From NCBI GenBank assembly GCA_009914755.4, contig CP086569.2, positions 480,001 through 544,000 on the forward strand: a DNA stretch of 64,000 bases, in the 5' to 3' direction. Numbering within the stretch: position 1 is the first letter of the stretch; the number at the start of each line of letters is the position of its first letter. This document shows, piece by piece, positions 1 through 14,838 of this stretch. The position numbers and the translations under genes are program-made. This DNA is from the human T2T-CHM13v2.0 reference genome, Homo sapiens. The notes below the pieces were generated by a model. The model was not told where the DNA came from and ran no database searches. It was given only the letters and a program-made list of their open reading frames with translations.

Positions 1-565
1 TCTCCTCTCTTTTTCTCTGTCTCTGTCTGTATCTCTGTCTGTCTCTGTCTCTCTCTCTCCTCTCTCTCTTTCTCTGTCTCTGTCTCTCTTTCTCTCCTCT
101 CTCTGTATCTCTGTCTCTGTCTCTCTTTCTCTCCTCTCTCTCTTTTTCTCTGTCTCTGTATCTCTGTCTATCTCTGTCTCTCTTTCTCTCTCTCATCTCT
201 CTCTGTCTCTTTTTCTCTGTCTCTCTCTGTGTCTCTACCTCTGTCTCTCTTTCTCTCCTCTCTTTTTCTCTGTCTCTGTATCTCTATCTCTGTCTCTCTT
301 TCTCTCTCTCCTCTCTCTCTTTTTCTGTCTCTGTCTCTCTGTCTGTCTCTGTCTCTCTTTGTCTCTCTCCTCTCTGTCTCTTTTTCTCTGTCTCTCTCTG
401 TGTCTCTACCTGTGTCTCTCTTTCCTCTCTCTTTTTCTCTCTCTGTCTGTATCTCTGTCTACCTCTGTCTCTCTCTCTCTCCTCTCTCTCTGTCTCTTTT
501 TCTCTGTCTTTCTGTCTCTCTATCTCTGTGACTCTTTCCCTCTCTCCTCTCTCTTTTTCTCTCTC
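1..565. repeat. CT-rich (TCTCTG/TCTCTC)n imperfect polypyrimidine tract. The window starts inside it.
   Basis: Continuous tctctgtctctc-type sequence. It produces the serine/leucine-only ORFs listed at 229..751. Confidence 0.95.
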
Positions 566-1511
566 TCCCTGTCTCAGGGAAGCATCAGTAAAACCTCCAA
601 CAAGCACCCCCTTGTACACAGCCCAGGCCAAGAGAGGTGCAGACCCTGCTTTCTGCCTGCAGCCGCCTGCTGTAAAATGTCAATGCAAAACATTTCATAC
701 AGTCCACCCACTCTGCAGACTGGAGCTGCGGCCTCTCGGACAGCGTCTTGAATTTGCAACGAAAAACGTGTGGGGTAGAAAAAGCTCTCGTCTGGATTTC
801 TAACATGTTATCAAGCACTCAAACGCTGGGTGTTTCCTGCCTGTCTTTAAAGGGAAGGGCAGGGAGAGAACGTAAAAGCTCTGGTCAGAGAAGGGAAAGG
901 TCTTTAGGTGAGAGGGGTGAGGCCGCCTCCGTGCTCATCCCACAGGAAGAGTTGGAGTTTTACAGAAAGATGAGATCTCTTTCGCGTAGCCAGAAACTCT
1001 TAGGAAAAGCGGGGTGTTGGAAAGGCAGAAAGTGTGCCATGAATCGGACGTGCGTGATTTCAAAGCCACTTGTCTGCAGTGAGAATTACAATTGGGGCTT
1101 CAGTTGAAAAAGGGCCTTTGCTTTTTCTCCGAGGCCGAGGGGCCTTGAATAGCCACACAGCTCCTGACTGGTGTCCCCATGCTCATTCCTGGAGGCTCGG
1201 AGACCCTGGTAGAGCGGAGTTTCCTACTAGACAAAGGGGTCCAGATTGCGGCCCAAGAAGGAACCTCAGGTCGGGGAAAGCCTGGGCCTCACGGGACCCC
1301 CCAGGAAAGCCTGGTCCTTGGGGTTGGAGAAGACAGCTGAGCTGGGAGGACGGAGGGTTTTCGGTAGGGAGACAGTGAGCAGCTGTGAGAGGTTTACGGC
1401 GCAGTCCCTGGGGACCCAGTTTCCCAGCAGAGGCAGAGATGGGGAGGCCTTTAGAAGCAGAAAAGTTACCCGGCCTCTGAGGACCCAGAAAGTTGCTCTA
1501 AGCCAGAGACC

Positions 1512-2905
1512 CTTCTCCGAATCTCCCTCTCTGTCTGTCTCTGCCTCTCTCCCTCTTTCTCTTCCCCCTCCCTGTCTCCCTCTCTGTGTCTCTGCCTCTC
1601 TTTGTCTCTCTCTGTATCTCTATCTGTGTCTCTCTTTTTCTCTCTCCATCTCTCTGTCTCTCCGTTTCTCTCTTTCTCTCTCCCTCTCTCTCCCTGTCCG
1701 TGTCGCTCTTTCTCTCTCTCCATCTCCCAGTCTCTCCCTTTCTCTCTCTCTCCATCTCTCCCTGTCTCTCTCTTTCTCTGTCTCCATCTCTTTCTCTGTC
1801 TCTCCTTGTCTCTCTCTTTCTCTCTCTCCATCTCTCTCTGTCTCTCCCTGTCTGTTTCTCTCTCTCCATCTGTCTGTCTCTCCCTTTCTCTCTCTCTGTC
1901 TCTCCCTCTCTCTCCCTGTCTGTGTCTCTCTTTCTCTCTCTCCATCTCTCTCTGTCTCTCCCTGTGTTTCTCTCTCTCCATCTCTCTCTGTCTCTCCCTG
2001 TCTGTTTCTCTCTCTCCATCTGTCTGTCTCTCTCTTTCTCTCTCTATCTCTCCCTCTCTCTCCCTGTCTGTGTCTCTCTTTCTCTCTCTCCATCTCTCTC
2101 TGTCTCTCCCTGTGTTTCTCTCTCTCCATCTCTCTCTGTCTCTCCCTGTGTTTCTCTCTCTCCATCTCTCTCTGTCTCTCCCTGTCTGTTTCTCTCTCTC
2201 CATCTGTCTGTGTCTCTCTTTCTCTCTCTCTATCTCTCCCTCTCTCTCCCTGTCTGTGTCTCTCTTTCTCTCTCTCCATCTCTCTCTGTCTCTCCCTGTG
2301 TTTCTCTCTCTCCATCTCTCTCTGTCTCTCCCTGTCTGTTTCTCTCTCTCCATCTGTCTGTCTCTCTCTTTCTCTCTCTCTATCTCTCCCTCTCTCTCCC
2401 TGTCTGTGTCTCTCTTTCTCTCTCTCCATCTCTCTCTGTCTCTCCCTGTGTGTTTCTCTATCTCCATCTCTCTGTCTCTCCCTTTCTCTCTCTCTGTCTC
2501 TCCCTCTCTCTCCCTGTCTGTGTCTCTCTTTCTCTCTCTCCATCTCTCTCTGTCTCTCCCTGTGTTTCTCTCTCTCCATCTCTCTCCGTCTCTCCCTGTC
2601 TGTCTCTTTCTCTGTCTCCATCTCTCTCTGTCTCTCCTTGACTCTCTTTCTCTCTGTCTCCATGTCTCTGTCTCTCCCTGTCTGTGTCTCTCTTTCTCTC
2701 TCCATCTCTCTCCGTCTTTCCCCCTCTGTCTCTTTCTCTGTCTCCATCCCTCTGTCTCTCCCTTTCTCTCTGTCTTTCCTTGTCTCTCTCTTTCTCTCTC
2801 TCTCTCCATCTCTCTCTCTCCCTGTCTCTCTCTCTCCATCTCCCCGTCTCTCCGTTTCTCTCTCTGCCTCTCCCTGTCTGTCTCTCTCTTTCTGTGTCTT
2901 ACACA
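1512..2905. repeat. About 1.4 kb CT-rich polypyrimidine/polypurine tract with a higher-order period of about 180 bp (roughly 6-7 units).
   Basis: A recurring block ...tctctctccatctctctctgtctctccctgtgtttctctctctccatctctctctgtctctccctgtctgtttc... is visible. The spurious ORFs 1246..3096 (+) and 1466..2908 (-) have a repeating peptide period of about 60 aa. Confidence 0.9.
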
Positions 2906-3099
2906 CACCCCAACCCACCGTCACTCATGTCCCCCCACTGCTGTGCCATCTCACACAAGTTCACAGCTCAGCTGTCATCCTGGGTCCCCAGGCCCCGCCG
3001 GGGAGGAAGATGCGCCGTGGGGTTACGGGAGGAAGGGGACTCCGGGCCTCCTGGTGCCCCACTTTATTTGCAGAAGGTCCTTGGCAGGAACCGTGACGC

Positions 3100-3810
3100 G
3101 TTTGGTTTCCAGGACTTGGAAAACGAATTTCAGGTCGCGATGGCGAGCACCGGCTTCCCCTGAAGCACATTCAATAGCGAGAGGCGGGAGGGAGCGAGCA
3201 GGAGCATCCCACCATGAAAACCAAAAACACAAGTATTTTTTTCACCCGGTAAATACCCCAGACGCCAGGGTGACAGCGCGGCGCTAAGGGAGGAGGCCTC
3301 GCGCCGGGGTCCGCCGGGATCTGGCGCGGGCGGAAAGAATATAGATCTTTACGAACCGGATCTCCCGGGGACCTGGGCTTCTTTCTGCGGGCGCTGGAGA
3401 CCCGGGAGGCGGCCCCGGGGATCCTCGGCCTCCGCCGCCGCCGCCTCCCAAGCGCCCGCGTCCCGGTTTGGGGACACCCGGCCCCTTCTTCTCACTTTCG
3501 GGGATTCTCCAGCCGCGTTCCATCTCACCAACTCTCCATCCAAGGGCGCGCCGCCACCAACTTGGAGCTCATCTTCTCCCAAGATCGTGCGTCCCCGGGG
3601 CGCCCGGGTCCCCCCCCTCGCCATCTCAACCCCGGCGCGACCCGGGCGCTTCCTGGAAAGATCCAGGCGCCGGGCTCTGCGCTCCTCCCGGGAGCGAGGG
3701 CGGCCGGACGACTGGGACCCTCCTCTCTCCAGCCGTGAACTCCTTGTCTCTCTGTCTCTCTCTGCAGGAAAACTGGAGTTTGCTTTTCCTCCGGCCACGG
3801 AGAGAACGCG
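3100..3810 (+). other. SHOX: Candidate non-coding exon 1 (5' UTR from promoter P1), with upstream AUGs at about 3141 (atggcgagc) and 3214 (atgaaaacc). Possible donor at 3810|gtaacc. A candidate exon-2 acceptor lies at ccaaacag|tg around 3921. Boundaries are inferred, not proven.
   Basis: This is a GC-rich unique segment between the CT-rich tract and exon 2. Its uAUG content fits what is published about a long uAUG-containing SHOX 5' UTR. The splice-site choice is by motif only. Confidence 0.3.
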
Positions 3811-4039
3811 GGTAACCTGTGTGGGGGGCTCGGGCGCCTGCGCCCCCCTCCTGCGCGCGCGCTCTCCCTTCCAAAAATGGGATCTTTCCCCCTTCGCACC
3901 AAGGTGTACGGACGCCAAACAGTGATGAAATGAGAAGAAAGCCAATTGCCGGCCTGGGGGGTGGGGGAGACACAGCGTCTCTGCGTGCGTCCGCCGCGGA
4001 GCCCGGAGACCAGTAATTGCACCAGACAGGCAGCGCATG

Positions 4040-4110
4040 GGGGGCTGGGCGAGGTCGCCGCGTATAAATAGTGAGATTTCCAATGGAAAGGCGTAAATAA
4101 CAGCGCTGGT
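4040..4110 (+). promoter_or_regulatory. SHOX: Putative SHOX P2 (intragenic, exon-2) core promoter. TATAAATA at 4063-4070 and a CCAAT-like element at 4080-4084. Predicted TSS around 4095-4105, giving a ~100-nt leader to the ATG at 4200.
   Basis: The sequence is gcgTATAAATAgtgagatttCCAATgg, about 135 bp upstream of the ATG. It is established that SHOX has a second promoter inside exon 2. The exact TSS cannot be seen in sequence alone. Confidence 0.55.
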
Positions 4111-4112
4111 GA

Positions 4113-4595
<483 letters not shown>

Positions 4596-4624
4596 TAAGG
4601 CCCGGGCCGTCAGGCTTTGCCTAA

Positions 4625-5140
<516 letters not shown>

Positions 5141-7919
5141 TGACGGCTTAGGATGTGTGTTTCTGTCTCTGCCTGTCTGCCTTGTATTTACGGTCACCCA
5201 GACGCACAGAGGAGCCGTCTCCACGCGCCTTCCCAGCGCTCAGCGCCTGCCGGGCCCCCGGAGATCACGGGAAGACTCGAGGCTGCGTGGTAGGAGACGG
5301 GAAGGCCCCGGGTCAGCTCGGTTCTGTTTCCTTTAAGGAACCCTTCATTATTATTTCATTGTTTTCCTTTGAACGTCGAGGCTTGATCTTGGCGAAAGCT
5401 GTTGGGTCCATAAAAACCACTCCCGTGAGCGGAGGTGGCCGGGATCTGGATGGGGCGCGAGGGGCCCCGGGGAAGCTGGCGGCTTCGCGGGCGCGTCCTA
5501 AGTCAAGGTTGTCAGAGCGCAGCCGGTTGTGCGCGGCCCGGGGGAGCTCCCCTCTGGCCCTTCCTCCTGAGACCTCAGTGGTGGGTCGTCCCGTGGTGGA
5601 AATCGGGGAGTAAGAGGCTCAGAGAGAGGGGCTGGCCCCGGGGATCTCTGTGCACACACGACAACTGGGCGGCATACATCTTAAGAATAAAATGGGCTGG
5701 CTGTGTCGGGGCACAGCTGGAGACGGCTATGGACGCCTGTTATGTTTTCATTACAAAGACGCAGAGAATCTAGCCTCGGCTTTTGCTGATTCGCAGAGTT
5801 GAGGTGCGAGGGTGAATGCCCCAAAGGTAATTCTTCCTAAGACTCTGGGGCTACCTGCTCTCCGGGGCCCTGCATTTGGGGTGTGGAGTGGCCCCGGGAA
5901 ATAGCCCTTGTATTCGTAGGAGGCACCAGGCAGCTTCCCAAGGCCCTGACTTTGTCGAAGCAGAAAGCTGTGGCTACGGTTTACAAAGCAGTCCCCGGTT
6001 TCTGACCGTCTAAGAGGCAGGAGCCCAGCCTGCCTTTGACAGTGAGAGGAGTTCCTCCCTACACACTGCTGCGGGCACCCGGCACTGTAATTCATACACA
6101 GAGAGTTGGCCTTCCTGGACGCAAGGCTGGGAGCCGCTTGAGGGCCTGCGTGTAATTTAAGAGGGTTCGCAGCGCCCGGCGGCCGCTTCTGTGGGGTTGC
6201 TTTTTGGTTGTCCTTCGCAGACACCGTTTTGCTCCTCTGAACTCTCTCTTCTCCCCCTGGCCGTGGACCCGGGAGAGCAAAGTGTCCTCCAGACCTTTCG
6301 AAAGTGAGAGGAAAATAAAGACCAGGCCAAAGACCCAGGGCCACAGGAGAGGAGACAGAGAGTCCCCGTTACATTTTCCCCTTGGCTGGGTGCAGAAAGA
6401 CCCCCGGGCCAGGACTGCCACCCAGGCTACTATTTATTCATCAGATCCAAGTTAAATCGAGGTTGGAGGGCAGGGGAGAGTCTGAGGTTACCGTGGAAGC
6501 CTGGAGTTTTTGGGAACAGCGTGTCCCCGCCGAGCCTGGGAGCCCGTGGGTTCTGCAAAGCCTGCGGGTGTTTGAGGACTTTGAAGACCAGTTTGTCAGT
6601 TGGGCTCAATTCCTGGGGTTCAGACTTAGAGAAATGAAGGAGGGAGAGCTGGGGTCGTCTCCAGGAAACGATTCACTTGGGGAGAAGGAATGGAGTGTTC
6701 TTGCAGGCACGTGTCTGATAGGAGGTGAAACAGAATGTGAAATCCACGTTGGAGTAAGCGTCCAGCGCTGAATGTAGCTCGGGGTGGGGTGGGAGGGCCC
6801 TGGTGTGGATCGTGGAAGGAAGAAAGACAGAACAGGGTGCTAGTATTTACCCCGTTCCCTGTAGACACCCTGGATTTGTCAGCTTTGCAAGCTTCTTGGT
6901 TGCAGCGGCCTTGCCTGTGCCCCTTTGAGACTGTTTCCAGACTAAACTTCCAAATGTCAGCCCCTTACCCTTGACAGCAAGGGACATCTCATTAGGGCAT
7001 CGCGTGCTTCTCATCTGTGCTCAGCAGGCCCGAGATAGGAACAGAGGGGCGTTGGAGATGCCACTTCCACCAGCCCTGGGTTGAAGGGGAGCGAGGGAGA
7101 CACCTTTTACTTAAACCCCTGAGCTTGGTCAGAGAGGCTGAATGTCTAAAATGAGGAAGAAAAGGTTTTTCACCTGGAAACGCTTGAGGGCTGAGTCTTC
7201 TGCCCTTCTGACTCCCCCAGCAAATACAGACAGGTCACCAACTACTGGAGATGAGAAAGTGCCATTTTTGGCACACTCTGGTGGGGTAGGTGCCCGACCG
7301 CGTGTGAAAAAGTGGGAAGGAGAGATTTCTGCGCACGCGGTTCAGCCCCCAGGCGCGGTGGCGCATTCAGGTACTCAGACGCGGTTCTGCTGTTCTGCTG
7401 AGAAACAGGCTTCGGGTAGGGGCTCCTAGCTCCGCCAGATCGCGGAGGGACCCCCAGCCCTCCTGCGCTGCAGCGGTGGGGATAGCGTCTCTCCGTAGGC
7501 CTAGAATCTGCAACCCGCCCCGGGTCCTCCCCGTGTCCTTCCCGGGCGTCCCGCCGGGGATCCCACAGTTGGCAGCTCTTCCTCAAATTCTTTCCCTTAA
7601 AAATAGGATTTGACACCCCACTCTCCTTAAAAAAAAAAATAAGAAAAAAAGGTTAGGTTATGTCAACAGAGGTGAAGTGGATAATTGAGGAAACGATTCT
7701 GAGATGAGGCCAAGAAAACAACGCTCGTGCAAAGCCCAGGTTTTTGGGAAAGCAGCGAGTATCCTCCTCGGCTTTTGCCTTATGGACCCCACGCAGTTTT
7801 TGCGTCAAAGCGCATTGGTTTTCGAGGGCCCCCTTTCCACCGCGGGATGCACGAAGGGGTTCGCCACGTTGCGCAAAACCTCCCCGGCCTCAGCCCTGTG
7901 CCCTCCGCTCCCCACGCAG

Positions 7920-8128
7920 GGATTTATGAATGCAAAGAGAAGCGCGAGGACGTGAAGTCGGAGGACGAGGACGGGCAGACCAAGCTGAAACAGAGGCGCA
8001 GCCGCACCAACTTCACGCTGGAGCAGCTGAACGAGCTCGAGCGACTCTTCGACGAGACCCATTACCCCGACGCCTTCATGCGCGAGGAGCTCAGCCAGCG
8101 CCTGGGGCTCTCCGAGGCGCGCGTGCAG
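7920..8128 (+). CDS. SHOX: SHOX exon 3 (209 nt). Encodes (G)[69 protein letters not shown], i.e. homeodomain helices 1-2. Acceptor cccacgcag|gg, donor cag|gtaggaac.
   Basis: The peptide appears in ORF 7727..8479. The homeodomain signature is QRRSRTNFT...LERLF. The acceptor AG is at 7918-7919 and the donor GT at 8129-8130. Frame is continuous from exon 2. Confidence 0.95.
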
Positions 8129-8329
8129 GTAGGAACCCGGGGGCGGGGGCGGGGGGCCCGGAGCCATCGCCTGGTCCTCGGGAGCGCACAGCACGCGTAC
8201 AGCCACCTGCGCCCGGGCCGCCGCCGTCCCCTTCCCGGAGCGCGGGGAGGTTGGGTGAGGGACGGGCTGCGGTTCCTGGACTTTTGGAGACGCCTGAGGC
8301 CTGTAGGATGGGTTCATTGCGTTTGTTTT

Positions 8330-10170
8330 TCACCAACAGCAAACAAATATATATACATATATATTATACAAATAACAAATAAATATATATGTTATACAGA
8401 TGGGTATATCGTATATATTATAGATATTTGTTCGTCCTTGGTGCAAAGACACCCGGTGAACCCATATATTGGCTCCTGACTGCCTTCGGTTCCCCTGGGA
8501 TTGGTTATAGGGGCAACACATGCAAACAAAACTTTCCCTGGATTATACTTAGGAGACGAAGCTACAGATGCGTTTGATCCAGAGTGTTTTACAAGATTTT
8601 TCATTTAAAAAAAAATGTGTCTTTTGGCCCCTGATTCCCCTCCGTCTTCCCGTGTGGCTGCATTGAAAAGGTTTCCTTAGGATGAAAGGAGAGGGGTGTC
8701 CTCTGTCCCTAGGTGGAGAGAAACAGGGTCTTCTCTTTCCTCCGTTTTTTCACCTACCGTTTCTATCTCCCTCCTCCCCTCTCCAGCCCTGTCCTCTGCT
8801 ACAAACCACCCCCTCCTCCCTCCGGCTGTGGGGAGCGCAGGAGCACGTTGGGCATCTGGATGAGCGGAGACTATTAGCGGGGCACGGGGGCTCCCCGAGG
8901 AGCGCGCGAATTCACGCTGCCCCATGAGACCAGGCACCGGGGGGCGGAGGGGCCTTGGGTGTCCGCAGAGGGACGGGCGGGCAGAGCCTTCCTCCGCATT
9001 CTAAACATTCACTTAAAGGTATGAGTTTATTTCAGGGGTGCTGCTGGGAGAGCCTCCAAATGGCTTCTTCCAGCCCCTGCCTGACAGTTCAGCTCCCCTG
9101 GAAGGTCAACTCCTCTAGTCCTTTCTCCTGGTTCTGGGCAGGACAGAAGTGGGGGGAGGGAGAGAGAGAGAGAGAGAGAGAGAGACGGTCAGGATCCCCG
9201 GACCCTGGGGAACCCGTCAAAAATAAATGAAATTAAGATTGCCGACCAGAGAGAGAACCGTGACAAAGCAAACGGCGTTCAAAGCAAAGAGACGAACTGA
9301 AAGCCCGTTCCCGTAGGACTGGTTATGAGGTCAACACATTCAAACACAGCTTGCTCTGGATTTTGCTGAGCAGAGGAAGATACAGATGCATTTGATCCAA
9401 AGTGTGTTACATCTTTCATTATATGTGTGTCTATATATATAAACATATATAAATATATAAACATACATAAATGTATGTAAATATATATAATCTATATACA
9501 TATATAAATATATAAACACATATATAATATATAAATCTATAAACATATATAATATATAAACATAAATATATAAACATATATAATATATAAATATATTAAC
9601 ATATATAAAATATGTATAAATATATATAAACATATAAACATATATAAATATATAAACATATAAATATATAAACATATATAAATATATACAAACATATTGT
9701 ATATATATAAATATATATAAAAACATATATATACATATAAAAATATATATAAACATATATACATATAAAGAAATATATATAAACATATATACATATAAAT
9801 ATACATATATAAACATATATATACATAAAATATATATAAACATATATACATATAAAAATATATATATATTAACATATATATACATATAAAAATATATATA
9901 TTAACATATATATACATATAAAAATATATATATATTTTTGGCCCCTGATTCCCTTCGGTTCCTGTGGGATGGGTGATTGAGTCAACACATTCAAACACAA
10001 CTTTTCCATCGATGTTGCTTAGGAGATGAGGATACAGATGCGTTTGATGGAGAGGGTTTTACAAGCTCTTTCATTTAAATATATATATATATATATATAT
10101 ATTTTTTGGCTCCTGATTCTCTTCCGTCTTCCCATGTGGCTGCATTTTAAAAGGCTTCCCTAAGATCGTT
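8330..10170. repeat. Triplicated intron-3 segment. Each unit is a TA-rich microsatellite/minisatellite plus an approximately 180-bp unique part (ggcccctgattccc...gatacagatgcgtttgatccagagtgttttacaag...ttcatttaaa). The TA-rich arrays are at about 8340-8440, 9415-9940 and 10081-10102.
   Basis: The unique parts at 8440-8690, 9300-9420 and 9940-10170 are clearly homologous. The 9415-9940 block is a catatataaatatataaa-type array of about 520 bp. Confidence 0.85.
9158..9186. repeat. (GA)n microsatellite, about 14 units.
   Basis: gggagagagagagagagagagagagagagac. Confidence 0.95.
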
Positions 10171-12851
10171 ACGATTAAATCAACCCTCCCCAGGCATCTT
10201 TACCGAGGGCTGTGGTCCCCAAAGCGATACAGCCCAGGAGGGAGAGAGGCTTTGGTGACTTGGAGGAAGGACTGTGTCCCTCCTTAGGGCGTCTGTGGCC
10301 TCAGTGAGGGAAGGAAGCTGCATCAGACAGGGGTTTCCTCGCTGTCCACCCCTCTGGCAGAAGATGGATTGGGCTGCCCCGTATAAATTAATGAAAAGAT
10401 TAAAGTTTCGCTAAAGGGGACATCGAGTTTATGTGTCATCTCCTGGTGTCTGTGTGCCTGGGATCTGCAATATATCCCAGCCCTTGATGTACTGTTTCTA
10501 TAAAAATAAATTACTTGTAATTTAATTCCACACTATTTCTTTCCGTAGTCTATTACCGACGAGAGCACGTTAGTTCAGCTGCGGAAAATTGGTTGTGGGG
10601 TGTGTGCGGACCCCGAGAACGCCCTAAAATAAAGACAAATCGGGGACAAGCTGGGGGTTATCGATTGCAGGGGTCGCATGAAAATTTAACGACGGTAAAT
10701 AATAATAAAAACAAACATGGGAATGCAATAAAAGACATAATTCTCCATCGCCGCGGGGGGAAAGGATCCTATAGTAAAGGCGAGTGCGCTTTGAGGGGTC
10801 ATAAAAATCAATTAGTTCCAACACCCACGTCCCGCGTTGAGGGGACGGGGACGAGCAGGGACAGAAAAAGAAACCATATTTGAATCCCATCTCTCTGTGA
10901 ATTCTTGGGTCACATGCGTCTCAGTACAGCCCGTCCCGTGCTGTGACCGGATAGAGTTTCAATTTACTGTGGAAATTTGCTGTAAATAAATTGAGCATCC
11001 GATAGAAGCTGTTGCTGATTAACCTTTTATTTTTAGCGTGGCCCTGCAAAGTCGTATCACCCAGCTGTCAGGCTTCTAATCGAAAGTTATGAGACCACGG
11101 TGAGGGGCAGGCGGTAATTTAATTACAACAAATATCTTTGGGTTTATGGCGCAGAGCTAAATTAAATGTCATTATTCACTGTCTGTAATGGAAATCAAAA
11201 GGAAATCGCATTACGGCATTTGGGAAAGAAAGCGGGGAGTGCTCTTTAATGAAGAAATAACTGTCTTAAGCAGTGTCACACACTTCACTTACCATATTCG
11301 GGCCTAATTGGAATGGATCGTGAATCACTCCAAGACTGATTTATTAGCGCTTCACGCAGCGGCTAATTCATCACTTGTATTCTTCATCATTTTTTTTTTT
11401 CCTCTCGCCGTGTTGAAGGGAGAGTGAATGAGGCTTTCCACGTTTCAGGAGGATTTTCTTTTTTGAAAAATGCCCTTCCAGAGGCTTTTGGGTGGCTGGC
11501 TTGCTTTCTGGGCCCTGGAGGAGACAGGCGGAGAGTCCAGGTGGGCATGGAGAGGCACAGTGGCAGGTCACCTGGATGGTCAGTGGAGGTGGAGGTCTGA
11601 AGGCGCCAGCTTTGGAAATTATTGGTGAATTTCGATGTCAGCACCAGGCAGGGGCCTTTTTGGCGGGGGTGTGAGGGAGGATGACTTTGCTGGGAAACAG
11701 GATCAGGTTCTCCAGGCGCACTGCAGCCCGGTAGGACCCACTTTGGAAATGAAAAGCCAGTTCCGAAAGCTGGGCTGGAAGCTTCCGTGTTGGGTTCAAG
11801 AGCAAGTTCACGTTGCGCTGTGTAGACTCCTGGCTGCTCCCAAACTCTGAGGGTTTTCTGAGGTTCCCTTCATAGGGGCACCGGCCCTGGGCCATGCACA
11901 GTGCGTAAGGGTGGCTGTGGGCCGAGGGACCCAGCACGTGTTTTGCCCACAACAGCCGGAGTGACTGGTTCACTCACCGCCTTGGCGGAGGACGCCTGTT
12001 CTCTGGACGAATCATTTCTCTTGGGTGGTGACTGCCTTGTGGGTCAAGGTGCAGGTTTTCTGCCACAGAAAACCTGTTAGGAGGAATTAAGCGACTAAGA
12101 CTGTCAGGGAGGTGGTGGTGGGGGAGAGGAGGGGGTGGTGTCCAGATTACCAGGCATAGGCTAAACTGCCTGCACTCTCCAGCTGGTCTGTCTGTGGAGG
12201 AGGGGATTGTCAATACTGGGAGAGCAGAGGAGGCTCGTAGGAGGTGAGAGGGGGTGGAATTTGCATGCAAATCTTCACATGAGGCCTGTGTGAATTTCTC
12301 CAGCCTCCTGAGGGTCCCCTGCGCTATTGCACTCAACTTCTTGATAGTTTACCCCAAGACTCAGAAGTCCTTAGAGGGGCAGAATGCCCCCACCACAAAG
12401 CCTGCTATCCTTGGGCGTCCTCAGGACCCTTGGTCATGAATGGGACCCTTTCATGTATGGGGACCCTTGGTAATATGAATGGGACGCCTTCAGCTCCCCA
12501 GGGCTTCCGAGGAGGCCGAGAAGGGCAAAGACACTTCCGAGGAGGCCGAGAAGGGCAAAGACATTTTCTGGGCTTGGTGTGTCAAGAGCTAGATTGGAGA
12601 AGGGGCTGGATTTGGAACTCTTTAGCCATCAGCTCACCCTCTCCGTTTGTGGCTAAAGTCTGAAGGTGGAAACTTCGGTTCTCCTACAGGGTCTACAGGA
12701 GTTGGGGGGCGGGGCGCCCACACAGAACGCTGGAAAGTTCGACAGTCCACTTCCACTGGCTCGGAACTCACTTTTTCACCTTAAGTTCATCAGCGGTAAC
12801 GCATAGGTCTCACTTAGGCAGGGCACGGATGATTTAACAATTTCTACTTCT

Positions 12852-14106
<1,255 letters not shown>

Positions 14107-14131
14107 TGACACCTGCTCCCTTTGGACACAG

Positions 14132-14220
14132 GCGTCATCTTGGGCACAGCCAACCACCTAGACGCCTGCCGAGTGGCACCCTACGTCAACATGGGAGCCT
14201 TACGGATGCCTTTCCAACAG
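14132..14220 (+). CDS. SHOX: SHOX exon 5 (89 nt). Encodes (G)[29 protein letters not shown]. Acceptor ggacacag|gc, donor caacag|gtagct.
   Basis: Reading by eye from 14132, gc completes the Gly codon and then gtc atc ttg ggc follows. The exon ends on a full codon (phase 0) before gtagctcac. The frame is continuous into exon 6a and exon 6b. Confidence 0.92.
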
Positions 14221-14407
14221 GTAGCTCACTTTTTCTTCCTCTGAAGATCCCTAGGGACCTGCTGCTCCCTTCCCCTTTCCCCTATTTGCTGCCGCATCCT
14301 GACACTCCTAGTCCCTCCCTGCCCCTGCAGACTTCTCAGCTGGCCCTTAGAAAAAAAGCCTCTTTTCCGAGGAGGCATTTACAGGCACCTTGGCACCTAT
14401 GAAATCA

Positions 14408-14838
<431 letters not shown>

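Noticed and set aside
1246-3096. 616-aa (+), 480-aa (-) and several 350-560-aa ORFs overlapping 1466-3287.
   Set aside because: They are translations of the CT-rich low-complexity tract (poly-Ser/Leu or Arg/Glu repeats). There is no start context, no complexity, and both strands open. This is a classic repeat artefact.
7727-8479. 250-aa ORF suggesting a long exon around exon 3.
   Set aside because: Only 7920..8128 is exon. The ORF continues through the gtaggaac donor into GC-rich intron, and upstream through the acceptor. Splice sites and the known SHOX protein define the true boundaries.
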